Shown here piece after piece: positions 17,066 to 27,115 of a stretch of 64,000 nt of DNA. Source of the stretch: a virus; the IMG/VR virus record IMGVR_UViG_3300033182_000538, positions 64,001 through 128,000 of that record; one strand, 5' to 3'. The notes below the pieces were generated by a model that worked only from the letters and a program-made list of their open reading frames with translations, did not search any database and had not been told where the DNA came from. The first letter of the stretch is position 1. Each line of letters starts with the position of its first letter. The position numbers were made by a program, and so were the translations under genes.

Positions 17066-17902
17066 TTATAGATTCTTTATATAATCCTTAATATCAATCT
17101 CAGGATTCCATCCTAAGATTTCTCTAGCACTTGTATCAGTATTCAACGTATGTCTAGCTTCACCCGGCTTTGGGTCTTTGTATACAGCATCAATTCCAAA
17201 GAATTCAGCTATCTGATTTACTGAATAGTTTTCACCTCTACCTAATTCAAAAATATGACCATATGCTTTTTGTTCCATAATTCTAACCAAAGCATCTACG
17301 ATATCTTCAACGTGGGTAAAGTCTCTCCTTTGTTCTCCATCACCATAGATTTCACATTGGATTTCGTTTTTGATATTGTTAATCCATCTACCAATCAAAG
17401 TAGTATGACCACCCTCAGTAAGTTCATACGGGCCATATACATTGTAAAATCTTGTGATACTAGCTTGTAGGTTAAAATGTTTCTGATAAAGTTCTACCAC
17501 ATCCTCACCGATGTCTTTAGTAAAGGTGTATGGGTTTTTATACTTTCCACTATGTTTAGATGATGTACCAGCGTAAACCAAAGGTACGTTGTTTCTTGAA
17601 CACCAATCAACCAAATTCAAAGTAGCATTAGCATTGGTTGTAAAATAATTTTTAGGGTCTTCAAATGATGGTTGGATTCTAGCAATAGCTGCTAAGTGAA
17701 ACACTATATCAACTTGAGGAAACTCTGATAGATTCCTCAGGTCGTGATTCATATACTTACAACCAAATTGATGATTTTTCTCTAAACCTGTATGATAGTT
17801 ATCTATTGATATTACTTGGTGTCCTTCCGACAAAAGTCTTTTGATGAGGTTTGTTCCTACAAATCCTGCACCACCTGTTACTAATATTTTCATTTTATCC
17901 AT
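17066..17902 (-). CDS. NAD-dependent nucleotide-sugar epimerase/dehydratase
   Basis: VTGGAGFVG, HLAA, YTFTK (YxxxK), RFYNVYGP, GDGEQRRDFTHV. Confidence 0.95.
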   Translation of the reverse strand: MDKMKILVTGGAGFVGTNLIKRLLSEGHQVISIDNYHTGLEKNHQFGCKYMNHDLRNLSEFPQVDIVFHLAAIARIQPSFEDPKNYFTTNANATLNLVDWCSRNNVPLVYAGTSSKHSGKYKNPYTFTKDIGEDVVELYQKHFNLQASITRFYNVYGPYELTEGGHTTLIGRWINNIKNEIQCEIYGDGEQRRDFTHVEDIVDALVRIMEQKAYGHIFELGRGENYSVNQIAEFFGIDAVYKDPKPGEARHTLNTDTSAREILGWNPEIDIKDYIKNL

Positions 17903-18635
17903 ATAATTTGTTAAATGTTTTCTCCATCCAAAAACCTGGAGTTGGTTTTATACCCGCGTTAAAGTGACAAACATATCCATATTTTGTGAATAGTAAATCT
18001 TCCCCTATAAGTTCAGACCTATTCAAATCTTGCATATTCCACTCGTACCCAAGTACTTTATATTCATCACCCAAGTCTTTATTAACAAAAAAGTTGAACA
18101 CAGGTTGGTCGTGACCCACACCATAGTTATTTTGCATCCAAACTATTTTTTGTTGATTCTTGTTGTAAAATTCTTGTATATTCTTAAAGAAGTCTTTATG
18201 TGATTTGTTAAACAATAAGAAACCAGAGTTGAAATATTTGTAGTATGGAAGTTGGTATCCGTTGAACAACTCAAGAGAGTATGCCTCTATACTTCTCAAC
18301 ATCCAATCCGAATCTCCAAAGTTTGGAACTGCACAAAACTTATGCTCACTCAATTCAAATATGTTTGGAGCATTTGGCGTTACAATCGTATCTGAATCTA
18401 CATACAGTACTTGGTCATAGTCTATTTCATTTGCATCTAATACATCAAGTATATACATTTTAGTCCAATGTGGTTTCATATAAGATATATCAGCCACAGG
18501 TTGATTTAGAATGAATAATTCACAATCGTATTTATCAGCATATTCTTTCCAACTTTTGATTGAAAACTCATATCCCTGATTCCTACTTCGTTCGTTGTGA
18601 ACGATGTTAATCATAAAGATAACATTTTTACTCAT
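17895..18635 (-). CDS. GT-A glycosyltransferase (GT8/GT34-like)
   Basis: VLYVDSDT, YFNSGF, HDQPVFN, CHFNA. Confidence 0.8.
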   Translation of the reverse strand: MSKNVIFMINIVHNERSRNQGYEFSIKSWKEYADKYDCELFILNQPVADISYMKPHWTKMYILDVLDANEIDYDQVLYVDSDTIVTPNAPNIFELSEHKFCAVPNFGDSDWMLRSIEAYSLELFNGYQLPYYKYFNSGFLLFNKSHKDFFKNIQEFYNKNQQKIVWMQNNYGVGHDQPVFNFFVNKDLGDEYKVLGYEWNMQDLNRSELIGEDLLFTKYGYVCHFNAGIKPTPGFWMEKTFNKLYG

Positions 18636-19407
18636 ACCTATCCTTTATAATGTCCCACGTTTGTTTCATAAGAGAATTACGCTGTCTCCTATCAAATCCT
18701 GAAAACTTCCAAATCTTACCATATTTTATAAAGTACGGAGTTTTGTCATTTCCAAATTGCCAGTTGTGGTTAAACCACCCAAACCTTGTCATATGATTTA
18801 TGTTAAATGATGGGTTTAATTCAAATCTAAAATCAATTCCTAACTCTTGTAACATATAATTATAAACCGGCTGGTCAGTTCCTTTTTTTACATCTTTCTC
18901 AAATATACAAATTTTTTCGTAATTATCAAAGTAAAATTCTTTTAATTTGTTTAGAAACTCTAAGTGGGATTTTGTAAATATTTGAAATCCACAATCTATA
19001 TACTCTCTGATATTGAATGTTGTGTTTGGAAACATAGTTTGATAACCAGCGATACCTTCAGATATCCATCTTAAATTTTCTAAACTTTTAAATACACTAA
19101 GGTTATCCGATGTTTGGTCGAAGAAATTAGGCGTATCCCATTTTATCATATAACTAGCATCTACCACAGCAACTTTATTCCAATCTAAATGTGATAGTTT
19201 AGAATCTAAATCAAACCAACGAGTCCAAGTCACTTTGTGCTTTGATGTATCATAATTTGTGGAATCATATTCATAAAACTCTACATTGTTTTTATTACAC
19301 CAATCTTTCCAAGTTCTTTTTGAGTACTCGAAGTAATCGAAGTTTCCGTGTTTTTCTAATACAGTAGGATTATCACTTTTTACACCTACCCAAAATACTA
19401 CATTCAT
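18628..19407 (-). CDS. GT-A glycosyltransferase-like, paralog of 17895..18635
   Basis: VVDAS, YIDCGF, TDQPVYN. Confidence 0.7.
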   Translation of the reverse strand: MNVVFWVGVKSDNPTVLEKHGNFDYFEYSKRTWKDWCNKNNVEFYEYDSTNYDTSKHKVTWTRWFDLDSKLSHLDWNKVAVVDASYMIKWDTPNFFDQTSDNLSVFKSLENLRWISEGIAGYQTMFPNTTFNIREYIDCGFQIFTKSHLEFLNKLKEFYFDNYEKICIFEKDVKKGTDQPVYNYMLQELGIDFRFELNPSFNINHMTRFGWFNHNWQFGNDKTPYFIKYGKIWKFSGFDRRQRNSLMKQTWDIIKDRYE

Positions 19408-19422
19408 AACTTACTATATTTA

Positions 19423-20337
19423 TTAGACTTTCCAATTCTTATCCATCCATTCTAAAATAGATGAAAATGTATTTAGTTGTACTACGTTACTACCAGATAA
19501 ATGTTTTAACCAAGAGTTTGTTTTAAATATCCCACGTTCACCACGTTTGATTCCATATTTTACACCAGAACCATACTTCCAAGTCTCACCCAAATATATT
19601 ACAAGGTCTCCACCGAAGTAAGCGGATACAGTACAATTACCACCGATTGTAGAAAGGTGTTTGTCCGATGTAGCTTCAAGTTCCATTTGACATATGTTAT
19701 ATGATTTTCCGGTAACTTCCATATGTTCTTTGATTGTATATACTTCGGGTAGATTCTCTTGAATATATTCAAAATCATTTAAGTCTAATAAGTGATTATC
19801 ATCTTTAAAGTAGTTCTTATCAACAACAGGTGATATATAAATTATTTTGTAATCATCAGAAAATCTACGAACAACCTCGGTCAAGAATTCCATACTGTAA
19901 TGGTTCATTGAAACGTGATTACCATTCTTTCTTTTAACGTATTGGGTAAGTAACGGATTATAACTCATATCCAAGTTTGGATATGCTTTTTTACATTCAT
20001 CTATCTGGCTCTCAGACAAATCTGCACTTACACGGTTGTTTACAACAATTGTCGGTTTATCAAAAGTTACTTTACCTTCAAACATTTCTTGAAGTGGTGG
20101 TGGTGTCCACCCACTCAACGTAAAGCTTGGTCGTTGGTGGTTATAAAATTCTGAAGGATTGTTGGGTGTAAAGTTTTGTGTCGCCTTGAGATTATCAGTT
20201 ACTAACCCATACAACTCTAAGAGATTTTCTTTAACATATACAATATGTTTTTCACCATTTATCTTAGAGTGGTATGCTCTTGGTAATCCTCTAAGCATAT
20301 CCAACCCAAATTCAGTAGTTTCGTTTATTACTTTCAT
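19423..20337 (-). CDS. Hypothetical protein of the glycosylation cluster
   Basis: EFG...WTPPPL...YNICQMEL...GG; possible divergent GT-B. Confidence 0.55.
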   Translation of the reverse strand: MKVINETTEFGLDMLRGLPRAYHSKINGEKHIVYVKENLLELYGLVTDNLKATQNFTPNNPSEFYNHQRPSFTLSGWTPPPLQEMFEGKVTFDKPTIVVNNRVSADLSESQIDECKKAYPNLDMSYNPLLTQYVKRKNGNHVSMNHYSMEFLTEVVRRFSDDYKIIYISPVVDKNYFKDDNHLLDLNDFEYIQENLPEVYTIKEHMEVTGKSYNICQMELEATSDKHLSTIGGNCTVSAYFGGDLVIYLGETWKYGSGVKYGIKRGERGIFKTNSWLKHLSGSNVVQLNTFSSILEWMDKNWKV

Positions 20338-21332
20338 TTTAATACACCTGTTTTGACTAAAAATTCATAAGCTTCATCAAACCCCATAAGTGAATTTTTA
20401 GAATTGTACGAGTCAATCTCCTTAGTTTTTGAATTCGTGGGTGATGGTTCGCCTGGTGCAAAGAAGTCCAAACGCTCTTGATTGATAAGATAGTTCTCAC
20501 CACCATCTTCCGTGCGTAACCACTCTTCCGTAGAAATCATTTCTTCGTGAATTTTTTCACCAGGCCTAATACCAACTTCGTGCAATTCACAATCAGCATT
20601 CGAATATTTGATTAAACATCTTGCAATATCAGTAATCAAAAATGATTTCACTTTTGGTATAGCAATCTTTCCGTGTGACTTTTCATTATCATATGACCAT
20701 TGAATTAAGTCAGTCGCCTGTTCAAGGGATAATAAAAACCGTGTCATACCATAATCTGTAATTGGTAATGATTTCTCACCACTCTCTATCAATCTTTTGA
20801 AAAATGGTATAACAGACCCCGTAGACTCCAACACATTTCCATATCTAACAAGACAAACCTTGATATCAGTTTGCTTTCTAGCAAAATCCAAATACAACTT
20901 TTCTGAAATAGCTTTACACATACCATAGATGTTGATTGGCTTACAAGCCTTATCGGTAGATATGAAAATCAAAGTTTCTATTTTATGAGTACTTCTGCGT
21001 ATAGAATCAATCAAGTTCTGATGTCCTATAATATTTACATTTACTGATTCAAGTACATTACTTTCACAAATTGGAACGTGTTTCAATGCGGCTGTATTTA
21101 TTACGACATCTGGCTTAAACTCATCAATAGAATTTCTAATAGAATCAGCATCTTTAACATCGCCAATTTTATATTGTATGTCTGAGTTGAACTCAGTTAA
21201 TTTTTGCATATTAACGTGTTTGTGTTCATCTCGTGAAAACACAATTATTTTGTTATTGTCTTGGTATCTACGAATGAGAGTCTTTCCCAATGCACCAGTA
21301 CCACCTAATATTAATATCGTTTTATTCTTCAT
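20334..21332 (-). CDS. UDP-GlcNAc 4,6-dehydratase (PseB/FnlA/CapD family)
   Basis: GGTGALG, FSRDEHK, AALKHVP, STDKACKP, YGMCK, RYGNVLES.GSVIP, GIRPGEKIHE. Confidence 0.9.
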   Translation of the reverse strand: MKNKTILILGGTGALGKTLIRRYQDNNKIIVFSRDEHKHVNMQKLTEFNSDIQYKIGDVKDADSIRNSIDEFKPDVVINTAALKHVPICESNVLESVNVNIIGHQNLIDSIRRSTHKIETLIFISTDKACKPINIYGMCKAISEKLYLDFARKQTDIKVCLVRYGNVLESTGSVIPFFKRLIESGEKSLPITDYGMTRFLLSLEQATDLIQWSYDNEKSHGKIAIPKVKSFLITDIARCLIKYSNADCELHEVGIRPGEKIHEEMISTEEWLRTEDGGENYLINQERLDFFAPGEPSPTNSKTKEIDSYNSKNSLMGFDEAYEFLVKTGVLK

Positions 21333-22041
21333 AACTACACTCTACTTTTTTTCCATTAAAATTAAAGTAAGGTCTTGGTCTGTCTTTAAAACTCCAAGCT
21401 CTTACAAAGTTGTAAACCTCTTTGAGGGTCAATTTTTCATAATTCATTTCTAAGTTTTTATTAGAATCTATGTCATAGTAATATGAATTTGGATGTGGTT
21501 CAATGAATTCAATAACTTCATCATTTAATATTTTGTGATATGTGTTTGTGAACATCGTATATGCCAACTCCTCGACTCTATTAAATAATGTTTCAGAAGT
21601 ATCAGTATCTTCTATTTCACATTTGTAACTTTCTATTATTGGGCCATCATCTAATTTATCTGTAATATAATGTAATGTTGTACCGTGATAAGTTTCACCA
21701 TTAGCAATAGCCCAACTACACATATATCTACCTTTATATTTTAGTCTATATGAATGATGTAAATTAATAATACGACCCCTCATACGATGAATGTGCTCTT
21801 TTGTGATTAATTTCCAATAGTTGATTGAGAATATTATATCTGGATTTAAATCTATAACTTGACTTATATCATCAAATACTGGAATTCCAAGTTCATCTGC
21901 TGTTTTTTTCAACTGGTCGTTCCACCAGGTTTTGTAGGTTGGAGCTACAACCCCAACTACTTCAGAATCATTTTGTTCGAGAATCCATTTGAGTATTCGT
22001 ATTGAGATATCTCTACTACCTAATATGGCGATTCGTTTCAT
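21322..22041 (-). CDS. Sugar N-formyltransferase (Fmt family)
   Basis: INLHHS..KYKG, GTTLHYITDKLDDGPII. Confidence 0.9.
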   Translation of the reverse strand: MKRIAILGSRDISIRILKWILEQNDSEVVGVVAPTYKTWWNDQLKKTADELGIPVFDDISQVIDLNPDIIFSINYWKLITKEHIHRMRGRIINLHHSYRLKYKGRYMCSWAIANGETYHGTTLHYITDKLDDGPIIESYKCEIEDTDTSETLFNRVEELAYTMFTNTYHKILNDEVIEFIEPHPNSYYYDIDSNKNLEMNYEKLTLKEVYNFVRAWSFKDRPRPYFNFNGKKVECSYEE

Positions 22042-23168
22042 AACTTTTCTATCAACTTTTCTGCGATAAATTCTATATCTTCCCTATCCAACCACCATCC
22101 ACACGGTAATGATATCTGATGCTTGTGGAAGTAATCAGTTTCTTTTAGTTCAACAAAACTGTCATCAAAACAGGTGTAGTAATGATTTGGTGTGTGTACA
22201 AGTCCTGCGTTAATACCTATATCATTTAACTCTTGAACTATTGAATCCCTATCTAAACTAGCATCTAAAATCAAAGTATACACCCAAAAAGTAGGTTCTG
22301 TACCTTGTGGATATTTTAATGATTGTATTTTAACATTATTACTAAATAAAGATTCATACAATTTACCATTTCTTTTATGTGCTTCTATGATAGAATCCAT
22401 ATAGTCAATCTGAGACAATCCAATAGCGGCAGTAATATTGTTCATATGAAATTTGAACCCAGCTTCAACAACATCCATTTCCCAACGCTGTCCCTTCCAC
22501 TCCCCCTTTTCATCTTTTGTAGCATCACGGTCGATACCAAACCATTTCAATGCCTTTGCTCTCTTAAAATCTTTTTCATTAGTATTGACTACTAAAATAC
22601 CACCATCGCCTGTTGTAATGTGTTTAATTGCTTGTAAACTATAACAGGTGTAATGTGCATAGTCGTGAATTTGATTACCATCTACCTTTGCACCCATAGA
22701 ATGCGCTGCGTCTTGGATAAATTTTAATCCATTAGATTGGCAAATACTATATATTTTCTTTAAATCAGCAGGTAGCCCCGACCAATTAACACACAACACC
22801 GCTTTTGTTTTTGGAGTAATTAATTTTTCTATCTGAGATGGGTCTATATTACCAGTCATATGGTCAATATCAGCCCAAACTACCTTAGCACCAAAAGTAT
22901 GTATTGGTGTATTTGATGCGACACAAGTCATCGATGTAGCTATTACCTCATCTTCTGGACCAACATCAGACAACTTTAGAGCTAATGTCAAAGCGGATGT
23001 ACAGCTATTTAACATTATTGTTTGGTCGTGATTCAACCAATTTTTGAAGTGGTTATTTAGTTTTGTTACTTGCTCACCCTCATTAACAAACCCACTATCT
23101 AATACAGGTTTTAACTCATTTAGTGCACTATTCGTATCAATATGCACTTTAAACATTGGATATTTCAT
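22038..23168 (-). CDS. DegT/DnrJ/EryC1/StrS PLP aminotransferase
   Basis: NSCTSAL, QDAAHSMG, SLQAIKHITTGDGG. Confidence 0.95.
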   Translation of the reverse strand: MKYPMFKVHIDTNSALNELKPVLDSGFVNEGEQVTKLNNHFKNWLNHDQTIMLNSCTSALTLALKLSDVGPEDEVIATSMTCVASNTPIHTFGAKVVWADIDHMTGNIDPSQIEKLITPKTKAVLCVNWSGLPADLKKIYSICQSNGLKFIQDAAHSMGAKVDGNQIHDYAHYTCYSLQAIKHITTGDGGILVVNTNEKDFKRAKALKWFGIDRDATKDEKGEWKGQRWEMDVVEAGFKFHMNNITAAIGLSQIDYMDSIIEAHKRNGKLYESLFSNNVKIQSLKYPQGTEPTFWVYTLILDASLDRDSIVQELNDIGINAGLVHTPNHYYTCFDDSFVELKETDYFHKHQISLPCGWWLDREDIEFIAEKLIEKL

Positions 23169-23175
23169 AATTTAT

Positions 23176-23913
23176 TTATTTATGCACATCACTTACTTGT
23201 GCTCGTTTTTTACCTAATTCACTTATCTCGTTACTATCTTGTGGTCTTGATACAAATAGAGCTTTACTTCTGTCTGATGATTTTCCAGATTTCAATACAC
23301 TCCAAGTTATAGACCTACGTTCTTTTTTAACATCAGGAACACCGTGATATGATGTTTCAGAGTTTAAAAAAACAACGAGTCGATTTGAAATAGGGTCAAT
23401 TTTATGGGTACATTCAGTCATATCATCATTCCAAATTTCAAAAGTACCAGTATCATCTACTGACCAACCTTCGTTGAAATAAATTAAACACGTTAATTCT
23501 TTTCGTAATCCTGAGTCTGGACTTACTCTGGCATCACTATGTACAGCTTGAAACCCACCACTTAACATAGTTCTGATACCAGACCATCTCATATGCTTAT
23601 CGGGTAACAACCCATCTATATTAGTTAATTTAGCCAATTGCTGAGTAAACTCATCAGAATGTAAATGATGTAAAAATTGAAACATAGAGCCGGTGGTGTG
23701 TTTTATGTCATATGACATCATACCTTGCTCAAGTATATTTACTTTGTTTTCAATATTATCTCTAACCCCGTGCCATTTTGCATCATTTGAATCTGGCCAA
23801 TTGTTTAGCACATCAATATAGACATCATTGTGGAGGAAGTTATCAAATACCCATACTGGATATGGCTCTTTAATTGCTTGTGTTAATTTTATATTATCGT
23901 TTATAACCTTCAT
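23176..23913 (-). CDS. 2OG-Fe(II) oxygenase
   Basis: VHSD (HxD), LIYFN, SYHGV, RRSI. Confidence 0.85.
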   Translation of the reverse strand: MKVINDNIKLTQAIKEPYPVWVFDNFLHNDVYIDVLNNWPDSNDAKWHGVRDNIENKVNILEQGMMSYDIKHTTGSMFQFLHHLHSDEFTQQLAKLTNIDGLLPDKHMRWSGIRTMLSGGFQAVHSDARVSPDSGLRKELTCLIYFNEGWSVDDTGTFEIWNDDMTECTHKIDPISNRLVVFLNSETSYHGVPDVKKERRSITWSVLKSGKSSDRSKALFVSRPQDSNEISELGKKRAQVSDVHK

Positions 23914-23924
23914 TATTTTTTACC

Positions 23925-24596
23925 TTATCGTTTGGCTTCCCTTACATCTTGTATATGAAGTGTAACTTCATCTAAAGGACAAGCTTGTTTTATCTTTTTA
24001 TCTCTATAATTGTTTGATATTTTTTCACAACCATCAATTTGTTTCATAGCGGATTGACCTTTGTATGTACTTTTTACATCTCGTAGTACATCCAAAAATA
24101 ATTCCTTATCCCATATTCCGGCTAATGGATAACAACAATCATATGGTACATTAAAATCAAAGGTTCTAATGGTTTCAAGTTCTTTAAATTTTGTTTTTTT
24201 CCATAAATTTGGGTTAGAGTACTTTCCAGTTTTACCTAACATCAAATGTTTAGCATCAGAGGTATGAAACTCATCAAACATTTTATGAAAATATTCATTG
24301 GTTACGATATTACTAAAGTCAGCATCTTCAAACAAATAATATATGTATGGGGTATTTGAACTTTCGACCATCTCGATAGTTTTATCTACCCATTGAGATT
24401 CTACATCTGATGAGAAATCACAATCTGGTACATTAGTTTCATATAACTTTTTAATCGATTCATAATGTTCTGGCGAATCACAATTGATTATAAATTTATA
24501 ATCTTTAAGTACCTTCATCCAATTTGGAAATATTTTATGTAATGTATCAAGCCTACTTTTATGACTACATTTAAAATTTAATACTACTGTTATCAT
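23925..24596 (-). CDS. Divergent GT-A-like protein
   Basis: YIYYLFEDADF, GIWDKE; cluster context. Confidence 0.5.
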   Translation of the reverse strand: MITVVLNFKCSHKSRLDTLHKIFPNWMKVLKDYKFIINCDSPEHYESIKKLYETNVPDCDFSSDVESQWVDKTIEMVESSNTPYIYYLFEDADFSNIVTNEYFHKMFDEFHTSDAKHLMLGKTGKYSNPNLWKKTKFKELETIRTFDFNVPYDCCYPLAGIWDKELFLDVLRDVKSTYKGQSAMKQIDGCEKISNNYRDKKIKQACPLDEVTLHIQDVREAKR

Positions 24597-25576
24597 TTGT
24601 TTTGTTTTTTAAAGAAGTCCAACCAGTAATCTGCCATTTCTTCCATCATTTGTTGAAAAGTATAAGTTGGAGCCCACCCCATTTCTGTTCTAAGTTTAGT
24701 AGAATCTCCTCTTAAATAAGGTAATTCTTCTGGTCTTAAAAATTTAGGATTTTGTATAACATAATCTTTATAATTTAATCCCAAGTGACTAAATACCACA
24801 TCACACATTTCTCTAACTGAATGTGTTTCCATTGTTGATACTATCCAATCTCCTGGCGTGTCATTTTGCATCATCAAATGTATAGCTCTTACATAATCAA
24901 AAGAATGCCCCCAATCTCTATAAGAATCCATATTACCCAATTCTAAGGTATCTTGTAATCCTAATTTGATTTTTGCAGCTGCTTTTGCTACCTTATTAGT
25001 TACAAAATTAGTTCCTCTTCTCGGAGATTCGTGATTAAATAAAATACCATTTGTAGCGTGTAATCCATATGCTCTTCTGTAATTCCTTACGATATTGTAA
25101 GCGAATACTTTTGAACATCCATATGGAGATACTGGATTCATTGGTGTAGTTTCTCTTTGAAAATTATCATCTTCAACAGACAAACCAAACATCTCAGATG
25201 AACTTGCTTGATAAAACTTAGCTTTTGGACAACTTCTCCGGTATGCTTCTAAAATATTTAATACTCCAATCGAGTTTGTCTCTACTGTAAATTGTGGTAT
25301 ATCAAAACTAATTCTAACGTGGGATTGTGCAGCTAGGTTATATATTTCATCGGGTTGTATTTTATCTAATAATTTATACAATCTGGCTTGGTCTAACAAA
25401 TCACCATAATATGTATGTATTTTACTATGAATTTGTGATATTCTATAATCTTGATATTCGGGCATAGAGTTTCTTCTCACAATACCGTGAACTTCATATC
25501 CTAACTCTAATAAGTATTCCGCTAAATACGACCCATCTTGGCCTGATATTCCGGTAATAAATGCTTTTTTTATCAT
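24593..25576 (-). CDS. gmd: GDP-mannose 4,6-dehydratase
   Basis: ITGISGQDGSYL, YNLAAQSHV, QASSSEMFG, SPYGCSK, FNHESPRRG, RDWGH. Confidence 0.97.
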   Translation of the reverse strand: MIKKAFITGISGQDGSYLAEYLLELGYEVHGIVRRNSMPEYQDYRISQIHSKIHTYYGDLLDQARLYKLLDKIQPDEIYNLAAQSHVRISFDIPQFTVETNSIGVLNILEAYRRSCPKAKFYQASSSEMFGLSVEDDNFQRETTPMNPVSPYGCSKVFAYNIVRNYRRAYGLHATNGILFNHESPRRGTNFVTNKVAKAAAKIKLGLQDTLELGNMDSYRDWGHSFDYVRAIHLMMQNDTPGDWIVSTMETHSVREMCDVVFSHLGLNYKDYVIQNPKFLRPEELPYLRGDSTKLRTEMGWAPTYTFQQMMEEMADYWLDFFKKQNK

Positions 25577-26160
25577 CTAAATAATTCCATTTTTGTTAAA
25601 TCTGGCCAATCTTCTACAACCCATTTTTGTGGGGTTGTTTTAATTGCCAGAGGTAATTTTTCTAAACCTAAGCGTGCAGTTTCAGGTGTCATATAATAAT
25701 GATATCCCATTGAATTTATATTTTGGTCTCTCCAAGGAACATCAGGCAATCTACCATCATAACTCATTTTCTTTAATTTCAAAGCAACTTCTTTATTGTC
25801 TGTTAGTATAACTCCACCCCTACCTAATGATAAATGTTTTCTGAACTGAAATGACACACTCATTAATGTATTAGATATATAACTATTAGGTTTCCACAAT
25901 ACAGCGGCATCAATCACATTATCAGTTACATAATAATAATCACTCCAATTCTCATCTTTCCACTCTAAATCAATACCAAGTTTACGAGATAACATAGGTA
26001 TAGATAAGTAAGTACGTTTAGGGCATTGAATCTTGGTAGCATTTGTAAGTCTTAATGATAATTCTACTCCGTGAGTACAACAATCTACAGCCACAGCATA
26101 TGGAGCTCCAAAGAACTTAGCTATTTCGGATTCAAAATTTTTAATTGTATCAAAATTCAT
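25573..26160 (-). CDS. Miniature DegT-family aminotransferase (195 aa)
   Basis: AVDCCTHG, IDAAV, SFQFRKHLSLGRGG retains the PLP lysine; C-terminal domain absent. Confidence 0.8.
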   Translation of the reverse strand: MNFDTIKNFESEIAKFFGAPYAVAVDCCTHGVELSLRLTNATKIQCPKRTYLSIPMLSRKLGIDLEWKDENWSDYYYVTDNVIDAAVLWKPNSYISNTLMSVSFQFRKHLSLGRGGVILTDNKEVALKLKKMSYDGRLPDVPWRDQNINSMGYHYYMTPETARLGLEKLPLAIKTTPQKWVVEDWPDLTKMELFR

Positions 26161-26683
26161 ATCCTAGCTTTTTCGCGTTTTTAATTATGATATCTTTATC
26201 TCGTGTTTTTATTGGTTTAGCTGGCGAACCTACATAAATTGTCCAAGGTTCTAAATCCTTTACTGCTAGAGAGTTTGCTCCAAGAATAGCACCTTCACCA
26301 AATTTAACACCAGGCATTATAGAGCAATTTACACCACATCCTGAAAATCTTTCGAATTTTACTTCAGAAAACATAACTTCTCTATACTCTATTGGTATTG
26401 TGGGGCCTACTAACCCTTTACCAGTATAATCTTCACTTCCAGCAACAACGCGTGTACCAGCTGCAATGAATGTAAAATCTTCCAATGTTACTTTAGAAGC
26501 CTTACCCCCAATAAAGGTTACATTTGGGGCTATATGTACATAGTCACCTATTTCTAAGGCTGTTGAAACTGATACCCCATTGTCGATTGCACAATGATTA
26601 CCAATAGAGACTAAATCTGGGTTTTTAATAAGCGCTTGGTCACTTATAAAAACATCATTTCCAATTGATTTGAAGTTATTCAT
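26150..26683 (-). CDS. Hexapeptide-repeat (LbH) acyltransferase
   Basis: IGNDVF, IGNHCA, IGDYVH repeats; GANSLA...VGSPAKPI. Confidence 0.9.
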   Translation of the reverse strand: MNNFKSIGNDVFISDQALIKNPDLVSIGNHCAIDNGVSVSTALEIGDYVHIAPNVTFIGGKASKVTLEDFTFIAAGTRVVAGSEDYTGKGLVGPTIPIEYREVMFSEVKFERFSGCGVNCSIMPGVKFGEGAILGANSLAVKDLEPWTIYVGSPAKPIKTRDKDIIIKNAKKLGYEF

Positions 26684-27092
26684 CTATAAACACTTTATCT
26701 AATGATTGACCTTCATATGGGCCCGTTTTGTATTCATACACTAAAGTATTATCCTCTAATATAGTATATGTATGCCCACCCTCTAACGTAAAAGAAGCAT
26801 CACCAGCCTTTAAAATGGGTTCTACTATAATAGTATCATCAATATCAAAAAAAGTACATTTTACAGAACCATCAACTACAATCCAACTCTCTTGAGCAAT
26901 AACATTTTGTGTTCGTTCTTTAAAAATGTGTCTATGTGGTTTAAATGTTTTACCTTCATTCATATTTAGAAGAGCACATTGAATAAAGTTGTTTTCAGGA
27001 ACAACATCCACTCTACCTGGAGTTAAATCAGATTTTCGTACCACTATATGTAATAGTTTAGATGGGTCTTTTTTTGAATAAACTTTTTCCAT
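26676..27092 (-). CDS. Cupin-fold protein (WbuC-like)
   Basis: PHRH...QESW...GGHTY...EYKTGPY. Confidence 0.8.
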   Translation of the reverse strand: MEKVYSKKDPSKLLHIVVRKSDLTPGRVDVVPENNFIQCALLNMNEGKTFKPHRHIFKERTQNVIAQESWIVVDGSVKCTFFDIDDTIIVEPILKAGDASFTLEGGHTYTILEDNTLVYEYKTGPYEGQSLDKVFIDE

Positions 27093-27115
27093 AATATTCT
27101 TTAGTGTATATTATA

